Origin: Myxococcota bacterium
GTDB taxonomy: Bacteria > Myxococcota_C > UBA6777
Length of the DNA: 44,044 bases
Direction: 5' to 3'
Assembly (NCBI GenBank): GCA_023150835.1
Contig: JAKLKB010000067.1
Location: forward strand, 1 to 44,044
Part shown: one piece after another, positions 1 through 10,000 of the stretch
Position numbering within the stretch: the stretch's first letter is position 1
Layout of the letters: every line of letters starts with the position of its first letter
Made by a program: the position numbers and the translations under genes
The notes under the pieces: model-generated
The model's input: only the letters and a program-made list of their open reading frames with translations
What the model was told of the DNA's origin: nothing
Database searches by the model: none

Positions 1-234
1 GACGCCCTATTATTGGGCAGCCACAGCGGGCTGCCCCTACGTTCGATATCCGAGTGGTGCGTACACAAAAGAGAACACGTAGACGCCCGATTATTGGGCA
101 GCCACAGCGGGCTGCCCCTACGTTCGATATCCGAGTGGTGCGTACACAAAAGAGAACACGTAGACGCCCGATTATTGGGCAGCCACAGGGGGCTGCCCCT
201 ACGTTTTACGATCACGCGCCCTGCGGATCTCGTA
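1..234. repeat. MITE-A copy (truncated by window edge) with an internal 81-bp tandem amplification; each unit carries a GTAG-type REP hairpin
   Basis: Unit GACGCCCGATTATTGGGCAGCCACAGCGGGCTGCCCCTAC... starts at 1, 82 and 163. The element ends in CGGATCTCGTA (224-234), the MITE-A terminus seen elsewhere in the window. Confidence 0.85.
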
Positions 235-393
235 TCACGCTCTGCTTCGCCACGTTGCCTACGAGGCTACGCACCGCGAATCTTTTTTCGCACCCCCGCG
301 ATCGCTTCGTATCCGTTCTTTTGGCCTTCATAGAGGCCAGAGCGAACCCTTGCGTTGAGGCGTCCTATCGCTTCGTATTTGTTTTCTTGGCCT

Positions 394-1779
394 TTAAGCC
401 GCTGTCCCCACCCACGCCTCGATATCTTCGACCTGTTTCGGGATCACAGGCCCCAAGACCTTGGAACCTTGGGCCGTCACCCACACATCGTCCTCGATAC
501 GGATCCCTCCAAACGCCAGCCAAGCCTCCAACCGGTCGTACGCAATAAAGTCTGCGTGACGCCCCTCTGCCTTCCATTGCCCGATCAATGCAGGGATAAA
601 ATAGATCCCGGGTTCCACCGTCACCACATAACCCTCCTCCAAGGTTCTCGCAAAACGCAGGAAATTCCGCCCAAATTGCGCACTACGAAGCCCTTCGCCA
701 CCGTATCCCACCTGATCGCCCAGATCTTCCATATCGTGAACATCCAAACCCAAAGCATGCCCCAAGCCATGCGGAAAAAACAACGCATGCGCTCCGATCG
801 CCACAGCCTCTTTCACGTCCCCTTTCATCAAGCCCACCCCCACAAGACCCGAAGCCACCGCCTCGCAAGCGATATCATGCACTTCGCTGTAAGCGATCCC
901 GGGACGAATCGCCGCGATCGCCGCAGATTGCGCCTGCAAAACCACCTCGTAGATATCCCGCTGCATCGGGGTAAATCGACCATTGATCGGCATCGTCCGC
1001 GTGATGTCCGAGGCATACAAGGATGGGGCCTCGAAACCCATATCCATCAACAACAAACGGCCATCCCGCAAGACCTCGCTGTCACCATGCGCATGCAAGA
1101 TCTCACCATGCGATGTAATAATCGGTGGATAGGCAACATCCACCCCTTCTTCATAAGCACGTCGCATCACTCGCCCGATCAACGAAGCCGTCGTTACCCC
1201 CGGTCGCAAGGCGCGCATCACTTCCTCGTACCCTGCGGCAGTCATCGCCAACGCCCGCTCGATCTCAGCCACTTCTTGCGCTGATTTCACCAGCCGCTGC
1301 GAAACGATCTCTTCACTCAAAATCTTCGAAGCCCCCGCCATCACCGCTTCTGTCGTACACCCAAACCAACGCGCCATCCGCATCCCAAGATCCGCCTGAT
1401 AAGGCCGTGTGTGCAACCATCCACCCGACGCATCGCGAATCCACTTCTCCAAATCCTCGATCGGATGGGCCTCTTCGACCTCTGCCCGCTGTCCCCATAC
1501 TTCTAGTGCATCCAACGGCCCTTCCCATACCACATCCTCTAACGTCGGTTGCGGGCCGAACAACAACGACCGTCCATCCGCTTCCAGCACTCCGACAAAG
1601 CCGGGATGATAGATCCCAAAGTAATACGCGACGTGTGAGTTCTGCCGAAAAGGCCGATACACATTGGCCCCGTAGTTGCGAGGTTGCAGCACATGACCCG
1701 CAAACAACACCCGCCCCGCCTCACCGCGTTCCCGCAATCTTCGATGTAGTTGCTCCCGTCGCTCCGCATAGATCCCCAT
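394..1779 (-). CDS. pepP: Xaa-Pro aminopeptidase (aminopeptidase P, M24B)
   Basis: Motifs FRQNSH, LLLMDMG..YASDITRT, HGLGHALGLDVHD, TVEPGIYF, GGIRIEDD. ATG at 1779 follows AGGAGG; the ORF track extends to 1839. Confidence 0.93.
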   Translation of the reverse strand: MGIYAERREQLHRRLRERGEAGRVLFAGHVLQPRNYGANVYRPFRQNSHVAYYFGIYHPGFVGVLEADGRSLLFGPQPTLEDVVWEGPLDALEVWGQRAEVEEAHPIEDLEKWIRDASGGWLHTRPYQADLGMRMARWFGCTTEAVMAGASKILSEEIVSQRLVKSAQEVAEIERALAMTAAGYEEVMRALRPGVTTASLIGRVMRRAYEEGVDVAYPPIITSHGEILHAHGDSEVLRDGRLLLMDMGFEAPSLYASDITRTMPINGRFTPMQRDIYEVVLQAQSAAIAAIRPGIAYSEVHDIACEAVASGLVGVGLMKGDVKEAVAIGAHALFFPHGLGHALGLDVHDMEDLGDQVGYGGEGLRSAQFGRNFLRFARTLEEGYVVTVEPGIYFIPALIGQWKAEGRHADFIAYDRLEAWLAFGGIRIEDDVWVTAQGSKVLGPVIPKQVEDIEAWVGTAA

Positions 1780-2070
1780 CCGATCCTCCTTTGATACAAC
1801 CAGCCCTTGACAGCAGACCGCACATCCAACACGCTCCACAAGCTTATTGCTTGATCTGCCGCGTTTTTCTGTGCCTGTGCCACGTCACGACAAACACGCA
1901 CGTTATCGTGCTTTCTCGCAACGCCACACAACACGCGATCTGCTTTTCCAAAAAGCTGACCGCGCCCAACATCCCATGCTCTCGGTCCACAAACTACATG
2001 GCCTCCCATACCAAAGCAAGCCACCACGAGGCTTTCCTCTCCGCCACCAAGGCCCATCAAAGGAGTTCGT

Positions 2071-2562
2071 ATGTCCACCTCCCCGATCTCTCCCCTCCGC
2101 AGCGTGATCCAACGGCCCGATCAACCGCGCCCTCGCAACGTCAAAAAAGTCCCCTACGTCGAACTTTACAGCGGTCGCCTCCAAGGCGTCGTCTCCAGCG
2201 GTTCTGATATCGAACGCGTCTACGTCTCCTTTGTCGAGGCCAACACAGGTAATTTTTATTGCAGCACCAACAACAACCGCCCTTGTAGCGGCCTGAATCA
2301 CTGGGGGCCTTGCAAACACATCGAAGAGATGGCCGAACAAGCCATCGTTCAATATGGCGGCCTCGAAGTCGCCCGTTATCTGGGCGCAAAGCTCGACTCG
2401 GAACATCCCAATTGGTGGGAGATACGCAGCGTCTTGCCCGGATCGCAAACAAGAACTCCTGCCGCCGAAGTCTTCAGCCGCTTTCTCAGCTATCTCCGCT
2501 TCCTTGAACTCCCACGCCATGATGGACCCGCCCCCGAGATGACTTGGTTCACTTCACGCTGA
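2071..2562 (+). CDS. Small SWIM-like zinc-finger protein (YehQ-like context)
   Basis: Motif CSTNNNRPC-x8-CKH preceded by GVVSSGSD..RVYV. AAGGAG RBS. First gene of the vWA/MoxR operon. Confidence 0.75.
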   Translation: MSTSPISPLRSVIQRPDQPRPRNVKKVPYVELYSGRLQGVVSSGSDIERVYVSFVEANTGNFYCSTNNNRPCSGLNHWGPCKHIEEMAEQAIVQYGGLEVARYLGAKLDSEHPNWWEIRSVLPGSQTRTPAAEVFSRFLSYLRFLELPRHDGPAPEMTWFTSR

Positions 2563-2585
2563 GCGACGAACTCAAAGGAAAAAAG

Positions 2586-3959
2586 ATGACAACCACATGG
2601 AAAGATATCTTGGAAATCCCTCCCGCCGTCCAACACAGCCAAGCGCTGCTCGATGGCTTTGATCGCTGTTTTCTTGTTGGCTTTGGCCGCCTCGGTGAAG
2701 AACACCTCGACACCCTTCATTCTCTCAGCCGTGTCTTTGGGCCGACCCCACTCGGAGAGGCTTTTGCGCACAGCCTCGAAGCCATCGAGCGTTCCGAGTT
2801 CAGCGAAACGCATTTTCAACGCCTCGCCGCTGCACGCGCTGCACTCCAAGGCGCACAACACGACGCCCTCCTCGCACAACTCAGCCAAGATCTCGGTCGC
2901 CCTCTTCATCCCTCTTCGCTCCCCCAAGCCGAAGCCCCCCAAGCCCCGACGGGACTCACCGAAGGCACCCGACAATGGCTGACAGAGCTCGCCCTCGCAG
3001 GTTTCCCCCAACTTACACGCCAAAGCCTTGATCCCTACCTCAACACGCTTGAACAGCTTCAACAAGATCCGTCCTCCGCACGCCTCGCCCTCCTGTTGAC
3101 GGGCTTTCTCGAAGAGATCTCCGCCGCCCTTCCGATCGCTTCGCCCCAGATGGTCCCGTTGCGCCGTTGGGTGGACCTCTGGACCCGCGCCATGCTGCTC
3201 GCCATCCGTACACCTTCCACACAAACCGCAACTCCCGTACAAGGCTCCTTTTTCCCGATGGGCGTCGATATCCACCATCATCCCTTTGCCGTCAGCTACA
3301 CCGTCCACGGCTTGCTCCAAGAAAAAGACGCCTCCCCGCGTTGGATCAAAACCACCCACACCTCCTACAAAGTCGACTTGCTTCAAGATGCCGAAACATG
3401 GCAGCTTTTTGAAACAGACCCTTTTCTTGAGGCGCTCAACGCCGGAAAGTCCGCCGAGATCAAACAAGGCCAGATCCTCGACAGCGGAGAGCTCCTTCCT
3501 CACCCCGACGTGCAACTTGGCAAGCCTTATGATGCCCTTGCTCTCGCCAAAACCCACCTCGCCCTAGAGGCCGAAAAGCCTGTCGCCTCGCTTTCTCCCT
3601 CGCCCATCGATCGCCATCCCGTGCAACTGGCTTTCCCCGTGTGGCTTGAAGGAGTGACTCGAAAAGAGGACGATGCTTCCTCCCTCCAACTGGACGGAAC
3701 CCCCTTGCGCCTCGCCGAAGAACGCATCTCTCTGCTGAGCGGGCTTGAGCAAACCGACCTTCAAAAAGTCCCCAGCATGATCGGACTCTTGCGCTATGAC
3801 CAAGATGGCTATGCCTTCCAACCGCTCGCCCTCATCAAAGACGCCAAAAAAGGCAAGCTGATCTTCGCAGGACAAGAAGCCTCCAAACAAGCCGCCGCCA
3901 AAAAAAGCAAAGTCCTTGAGATCCTCAAAGAGCGCTCCACTCGGTTGCTGCGCAAATAA
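2586..3959 (+). CDS. Hypothetical protein of the MoxR/vWA operon
   Basis: 457-aa ORF with AAAGGAA RBS, tightly spaced between the Zn-finger and vWA genes. No motif recognised. Confidence 0.8.
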   Translation: MTTTWKDILEIPPAVQHSQALLDGFDRCFLVGFGRLGEEHLDTLHSLSRVFGPTPLGEAFAHSLEAIERSEFSETHFQRLAAARAALQGAQHDALLAQLSQDLGRPLHPSSLPQAEAPQAPTGLTEGTRQWLTELALAGFPQLTRQSLDPYLNTLEQLQQDPSSARLALLLTGFLEEISAALPIASPQMVPLRRWVDLWTRAMLLAIRTPSTQTATPVQGSFFPMGVDIHHHPFAVSYTVHGLLQEKDASPRWIKTTHTSYKVDLLQDAETWQLFETDPFLEALNAGKSAEIKQGQILDSGELLPHPDVQLGKPYDALALAKTHLALEAEKPVASLSPSPIDRHPVQLAFPVWLEGVTRKEDDASSLQLDGTPLRLAEERISLLSGLEQTDLQKVPSMIGLLRYDQDGYAFQPLALIKDAKKGKLIFAGQEASKQAAAKKSKVLEILKERSTRLLRK

Positions 3960-3982
3960 CCCAACGACCCGACGAGGCGAGC

Positions 3983-5599
3983 ATGTCTACAGAACAATTC
4001 CCAAAGCTGACCCGCCCACAAAAACAGCGGCAGCTTGTCTTTTGGCGGCTCCTCACCGCTGCCTTTGGACACTCCGAAAAAGGCCCCAACATCGAGCAGA
4101 TCACCCTCGACATCGCCGAGCAAGTCAAACTCCCCGCCGACATCCTTGATCCCGCCATCGGTATCGAACAGCTATTGCGCCGTCATCCCCAACTCAAGCC
4201 CGACTTTGACGCCATCGTCCCGCCCGATGCAGACGAGGACGAAAACGCCGAAGACACCGAAACAACAGCCAAGGCCCACCACTCATCGCCTCCCCCCTCC
4301 GCCTCCACCGCTTCGACGGTCCATGACAGCGCAAACTTCCATCCTACCGCTCACACCGAAACTCCCGAGCCCCATGCGCCGCCCACCATCCCTGCCGTCC
4401 AAGACGCCGATCTGCGCCGCAGTTTGGTCTTTTCCAAGCTGATCCTCAACGTCCTCGGCCCAAACACCCAAAGCCCCGTGATCTCGGCCCAACAATACAC
4501 CCAATGGCTTCAAGACCTCCAACACTTCGAGCAAGCCTTTGGCTACGCCCCCGGCCACCTGCTTACTCCGCAAGGCAGCGGACGTGGCGCAGGAAACGCG
4601 ATGTCGAGAGGAGGCCCCGGGCAAGGCAAAGCCGCCCAAGGACAACAGATCGTCGGAGGACAAAAGGGCAGTTTGAACTCGGGACATCCGGGCTTTTCGA
4701 TCAGCGAAGATCAACTGCGCGAAGGACTCTCCATGCTCGAAAGCGGCATGGTTCAACGTATGGAACTGCGCGAAGTCCTCAAAGATCCCCAACTTGCCGC
4801 CAAACTCACCCCTTCGATGGCCCTGACAGAACAACTCTTGCGCGACAAATCCAATCTCTCTGGTGTCGCACTCGCAACAGCCAAATCCTTGATCCAGCGC
4901 TTTGTTGATCAACTGGCCGAAGTCCTCAAAAAACAAGTCCAACAAACCGTCCGCTCCAAGATCGATCGTTCCGTCCCCCCCAAGCGCATCTTTCGCAACC
5001 TCGACCTCAAGCGCACCTTGTGGAAAAACCTCACCAACTGGAACGACAAAGAAAAACGCCTGTATGTCGATCGCCTTTATTACCATCATGCGGCCAAAAA
5101 GAAACTCCCCACGCGCATCATCGTTGTAGTCGATCAATCGGGCTCGATGGTCGAGTCGATGGTTCAATGTACCATCCTCGCCTCGATCTTTGCCGGACTA
5201 CCACGTGTTGAAGTCCACTTGATCGCCTTTGATACCGAAGTGATCGACCTCACCCCTTATGTCCGTGACCCCTTTGAGGTTCTTCTGCGCACCAACCTCG
5301 GCGGCGGAACCTACATCTACAAAGCCCTCGTCGAAGCCGCAAACAAGATCGTCGATCCCGCAAACACCGTCATGGTGCTGATCTCTGACTTCTACGAAGG
5401 CGGTAGCTACGAACTTTTGCTCTCTTATATCAAAAGCCTCAAAGAGTCGGGCGTTCACTTTATCCCCGTGGGAGCCGTGACCAACTCCGGCTACTTTAGC
5501 ATCGATAGCTGGTTTCGCACCAAACTCGGCGAACTCGGGATGCCTATCCTCTCGGGAACCCCCAAAAAACTGATCGAACAACTCAAAAACCTTCTCTAA
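3983..5599 (+). CDS. vWA domain protein (CoxE/YehP-like)
   Basis: MIDAS motif VVVDQSGSM, then GGGTYI and LISDFYEGG. Low-complexity Pro/Ala/acidic insert near the N-terminus. Confidence 0.92.
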   Translation: MSTEQFPKLTRPQKQRQLVFWRLLTAAFGHSEKGPNIEQITLDIAEQVKLPADILDPAIGIEQLLRRHPQLKPDFDAIVPPDADEDENAEDTETTAKAHHSSPPPSASTASTVHDSANFHPTAHTETPEPHAPPTIPAVQDADLRRSLVFSKLILNVLGPNTQSPVISAQQYTQWLQDLQHFEQAFGYAPGHLLTPQGSGRGAGNAMSRGGPGQGKAAQGQQIVGGQKGSLNSGHPGFSISEDQLREGLSMLESGMVQRMELREVLKDPQLAAKLTPSMALTEQLLRDKSNLSGVALATAKSLIQRFVDQLAEVLKKQVQQTVRSKIDRSVPPKRIFRNLDLKRTLWKNLTNWNDKEKRLYVDRLYYHHAAKKKLPTRIIVVVDQSGSMVESMVQCTILASIFAGLPRVEVHLIAFDTEVIDLTPYVRDPFEVLLRTNLGGGTYIYKALVEAANKIVDPANTVMVLISDFYEGGSYELLLSYIKSLKESGVHFIPVGAVTNSGYFSIDSWFRTKLGELGMPILSGTPKKLIEQLKNLL

Positions 5600-5609
5600 A
5601 GAGGGCTTA

Positions 5610-5730
5610 GACAAGATCAGCCCACCGCGTGATCGCAAAATGGTGGGGCAGCCCCCTGCGGCTGCCCAACCACAGGGCGTTTACAACGGATCACATCGAC
5701 CCTTCGTGTACACTTCTCACGGATATCGTG
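5610..5730. mobile_element. MITE-A copy (121 bp) with REP hairpin, TTA on both sides
   Basis: TTA-GACAAGATCAG...GGGGCAGCCCCCTGCGGCTGCCC...CGGATATCGTG-TTA. Confidence 0.8.
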
Positions 5731-5756
5731 TTATCAGATCGAAAGGATACCTGTTC

Positions 5757-7028
5757 ATGGCCAAGAAAAAAGCCCTCGTTCAAGAAGCCACCGAAGCCCA
5801 AGCTGTCACCGAAACCCAAGCCGAGATCGCCGCCACCTCCACCGAAGCAGCCTCCTCGCCTTCCGTTGCCACCGAAGCAGCCCCCAAACCTTCCAATCCC
5901 CCCAAGGCAGAAGAAAATCTGCGCGAACCTGCCGAAGTCAAATATGCCGAAGAACTCGCTTGGTTGGAGTCGGTCGATACAGGCAACAAGCCCTTTTCAT
6001 GGCGTCTCTCTCCTCGAATGATCCGCACTTTTATTCTTGGAACACAGCCGGGTGAAAAACTCGCTCGTAAGATCGATCAAAAGTTCTTTGGTGATGCGAC
6101 GCTTGTCGAACGCGCCATCGTCACGCTCGCTTCGGATCGCGGCTTGTTGCTGATCGGCGATCCCGGGACAGGAAAAAGCTGGCTCGCCGAACTGTTGGCC
6201 GCTGCGATCTGTGGCAACTCCACCCATGTCGTCCAAGGCACCGCAGGAACCACCGAAGATCAGATCAAATACTCATGGAACGTCGCACTCGTCATCTCCC
6301 AAGGCCAATCCCGCGACTCGATGATCGCCTCTCCCATGATGAAGGCCATGCAACTCGGTCAGATGGGCCGTTTTGAAGAACTCACACGCTGCACTTCCGA
6401 TGTCCAAGACGCCCTGATCTCCATCCTCAGCGAAAAATACATCGCCATCCCCGAACTCAGCACAAACAACGTCGTCTTCGCCCGCCCCGGCTTCAACATC
6501 ATCGCCACCGCAAATAGCCGCGACCGTGGCGTCAATGACCTCTCTAGCGCACTCAAACGCCGCTTCAATTTTATCCACATCCCGATCGTCACAAACAAAA
6601 AATCCGAGCGTGAGATCGTCATGTTCCGCACCCGCGACCTGCTGCGCCGAAACAACTTTGATATCGACGTTCCCGCCGTCTTGATGGATGTCCTCTTGCA
6701 AACCTTCGCCGATATGCGCGAATCCGCCGCTGCTGCCGCTTCGGACGATCAACGCCTCGAATCCTCTCTCTCTACCGCCGAACAGATCGGCGTTCTCGAA
6801 GATGCCATCCTTTACGGCAACTTCTTCGGTGAAAAGCTGCTTACCGCAAACGCCCTTGCCCGCTCGGTGATCGGCGGTCTCGTTCGCCGTGTCCCCGAAG
6901 ATCTCTCTGTGATGAACAAGTTTTGGCACGCTGTCGTGGAAAAACACGCCAAAGAAAACAAAAAAGACAACACTTGGAAGGAGTTTTCCGAAGGCGGAAA
7001 ATCCATCATGAGCGATATGTCGAAATAA
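5757..7028 (+). CDS. MoxR-family AAA+ ATPase (YehL-like)
   Basis: Walker A GDPGTGKS, Walker B RFEELTR, sensor ATAN..DRGVNDLSSALKRRF, N-terminal REPAEVKYAEEL. AAAGGA RBS before ATG 5757. Confidence 0.93.
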   Translation: MAKKKALVQEATEAQAVTETQAEIAATSTEAASSPSVATEAAPKPSNPPKAEENLREPAEVKYAEELAWLESVDTGNKPFSWRLSPRMIRTFILGTQPGEKLARKIDQKFFGDATLVERAIVTLASDRGLLLIGDPGTGKSWLAELLAAAICGNSTHVVQGTAGTTEDQIKYSWNVALVISQGQSRDSMIASPMMKAMQLGQMGRFEELTRCTSDVQDALISILSEKYIAIPELSTNNVVFARPGFNIIATANSRDRGVNDLSSALKRRFNFIHIPIVTNKKSEREIVMFRTRDLLRRNNFDIDVPAVLMDVLLQTFADMRESAAAAASDDQRLESSLSTAEQIGVLEDAILYGNFFGEKLLTANALARSVIGGLVRRVPEDLSVMNKFWHAVVEKHAKENKKDNTWKEFSEGGKSIMSDMSK

Positions 7029-7076
7029 CGAACACGACGCCCTTCACCTGCCCGAACGATCGACAAGGACGAGACG

Positions 7077-10000
7077 ATGCCGCAACCACAAAAAAGCCGC
7101 ACCATCGCACAAGATCGCTTTGCTCCCTTACGCGGCCAGCTCCTCGCCGCAGTACAAGCCTTTTCCCAAGGCACCCACGCCATCGACAAGATGCTCGCCG
7201 CCATCGTGGACGATATGGAGCGCGCAACCAACGAACCCGTCGAGATCTTCCCTGTGGCCCACCACTCTCCCGCAGCCGCCATCCAGATCTTGCGCCGCCT
7301 CCAAGACGGCCCTACCCCCAAGGTCATCTTTGTGGAGTTGTGCGAAGATCTCCAACCCGTCCTACCCGGCCTCGCGGATTGTCAACTGCCGATCGCTCTC
7401 CAATCCTTTGCCACCGAAACAGCGGGCTTTCCGCCTGATTGGTCTCCGTTGACCGTTGTGGCCCCACTGACCGAGTTTTCCGCCGAATTTCAGGCCATCG
7501 CTTATGCGCTCAGCCACCCCGAACAGACCCAACTCGTCTTTGTCGATCGCTCGGTCGATCACATCTTTCAATGGCTCCCTCAACAAGAAGGCGCACTTGC
7601 CGAAGCCCTCGGCCACTCAGAAGATGAAGAAAGCATCTCCGAAGAAGCCGATGAAAACCTTCATGGAACCGCCTACGGCGTACAGATGGGACGAATGGAG
7701 CCGACATTCGAAGGCTTCCAAGAAGTCCTGCTCTCAAACGCCCGTGTACGCCACTTCTCCGAATGGTGGGACCAATACGTCGAGTCCTCGATCGTCGGCG
7801 CGGATTATCAAACTTACCGCGAAGTCATGTGTCTCGTGGGAAGCCTGATCCGCCGCCTCGGTCAATCCAAAGAACGGCTCGAAAATGACCGAAAACGCGA
7901 GCGTTATATGTGGACGCGGATCAAAGAACACCTCGCACAACACAAACTCCAGCCCGAAGAAACGCTGTTTATCTGCGGAGCCGCACACACCGCCTCAGAC
8001 GTCGACTCTTTTGGAACCCAAACTCCCCACCGCGATCCGATCCCGCCCCGCACCCAAACCAAATGGCTATACGGGATCATCCCTTCGAGCTTTCGCTCCA
8101 TCGAACAACAATTCGGTATGCCCGACGGGGCGATCTCGATCGCCGAAAGTGCGTGGAAACGAAGCCAAGAAGCCCTTGGACTGCGCTCTCTCGCGATCAA
8201 AGATATCAAAGACACCTCCCAAGCCAAACCAGCCCCCAAGAAAACCCCCAAAAAAACCACCCACCCGATCGATCCAACCAACGATGACGACGCCTCTTCC
8301 TCACCCATCGCGTCCATTTCAAGCGTTCCCGATGTCTTGGGCTTTTTGCAACGTCCGCCTCAGCTACTCGAACAAGACGAAGAACAACTCTTACGTTGGT
8401 GCGTTGAGATCGTCTCGATGGCCCGAGAAAACGGATACCTCGCTTCCACAGCCGATGCGATCGCCATCTACCAAACGGCGATCTTGCTTGGACGGATGCG
8501 AAACCGCCATCATCCCTCGCCTTACGACTTTCAAGACGCGGCGATCACCTGCCTCGAAAAAGATCGCACGCCCAAAAAGCGCAACGTCCAACGCTTATGC
8601 GAGATCTTGCTTGGCGGCGATCGCAGCGGTCATGTCGGTTATTCTTCTCTGCCTCCCCTCGCACAAGACGTCTACGACCGACTCTCCGCCTTGCCCGTCA
8701 CCCTCAAAGGAAAAACCATCCAGCGCGCTTTGATGGACTTTCGCCAAAATCCCGAATACTCCGCCTGTTCCGATCTGCTGTGGCGGCTTCATTACCTGCT
8801 CGGAAAAAACAATTCCCTTGTTCGCCCGATCATGGGTGAGCGCAACCTCGGGCAACGCGCTCTCCAAGAGTCATGGGATATCTCCATCGGAAAATACCAA
8901 GCCCCTCTGATCCAACTCGCTTACGAAGGCGTCTCCATCGAACAAGTCCTCGAACGTCGTTTGTTGCAGTATGCCTTTTCCTCCAAAGCCCGCACCGTCC
9001 AAGCCCTCGAAGCCACCGAGGACAGTCTGCTTTATCTGGAGGCTCGCCGACTCACCCAACGCCTCGGCGAACACGCCAACGATCTGCTCGTCCAAGAACT
9101 CGCAGCCGACGCCGCCCAAGATATCTTCGAGCGCGTCCGTCGCCTTGTGCATTACTACCGATCTACCCCAGAAGGTCTCCCGCCTTGGCTCCAACACTTC
9201 GTTGCAACGGGCTATTCGCACTTTTCCACCATGCTTCCCGAAGCCTTCAGCGATCGTGGCACTTCTCCCCAACAGATCAGCGGTATGTTGGCCTTTATCT
9301 TTACGCTCGAAAGCCTCGCTCTTTCGATGGGTTGCGAACGCAGCCAATTGATGATCGCGATCAAACAATCCGCATCGCTCACCCAAGATCCCGAAAAACT
9401 CGGGATCTTGTGGGCTGCAGAGTGGCTCCTTAGCGTTCGTGATATCGAGGAGATCCGCAGCTTCTTTGATCACCTGCTGGAAAATCCATTGACCCTTGCG
9501 GCTTTTCCCCGCTATCTCGATGGGTTTTTGCTTGCGCTCACCTTTACTCCGCTCGTCAGCCGATTGATCGTCGAACTGCTCTCCAAAGCCTTTGAACGCC
9601 TCCCTGATCAAGTGTTGATGCCGTGGCTACCGTCGCTTTTAATGGGCTTGCGCTCGCACAGCAACACCCTTCTCCCTTCCATCCTCCAAGAAGTCGCTCA
9701 GATCTATCCCAAAACCTCCAAAGAACTCGATGCGTGGATCGCCCCTTGGTATCGAGAACGCCGCAAACGCAAGACCACCATCCCCACCCCCCTCGTCCAA
9801 GAGATCCGCCCTGCTCTTCCCACGCTTTCTAACGAAGAACGCAGCATCTTTCAGATCATGGCCGATCATCCCCAAACCACCGACGCCCTCGCTCACCTGT
9901 TCGGAGTCGCCACAACATGGCGTTCTCCTGAAACAACCGAAACACCCGCCTCATCGACCGCTACTGCGGCTTTCCATGACCAACGCGAAGCCGACATCCA

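Noticed and set aside
1-234. CRISPR array
   Set aside because: The sequence between palindromes is identical in each unit, so it is a tandem repeat rather than unique spacers.
301-396. Two 30-bp direct repeats (301-330, 367-396) with a 36-bp spacer, CRISPR-like geometry
   Set aside because: Only two copies, 25/30 identical, no third repeat and no cas genes. More likely a local duplication at the pepP 3' end.
355-1284. Long antisense/shadow ORFs (also 17836-19083, 25893-27167, 27280-28593, 29929-31164, 36049-37332, 37733-38920)
   Set aside because: They lie opposite well-supported genes and carry no motifs, as expected from codon bias.
5640-5756. N-terminal extension of the MoxR ATPase; likewise 12720-12995 for the lipoprotein
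   Set aside because: Both are translated MITE or intergenic sequence. Downstream ATGs have proper RBSs.
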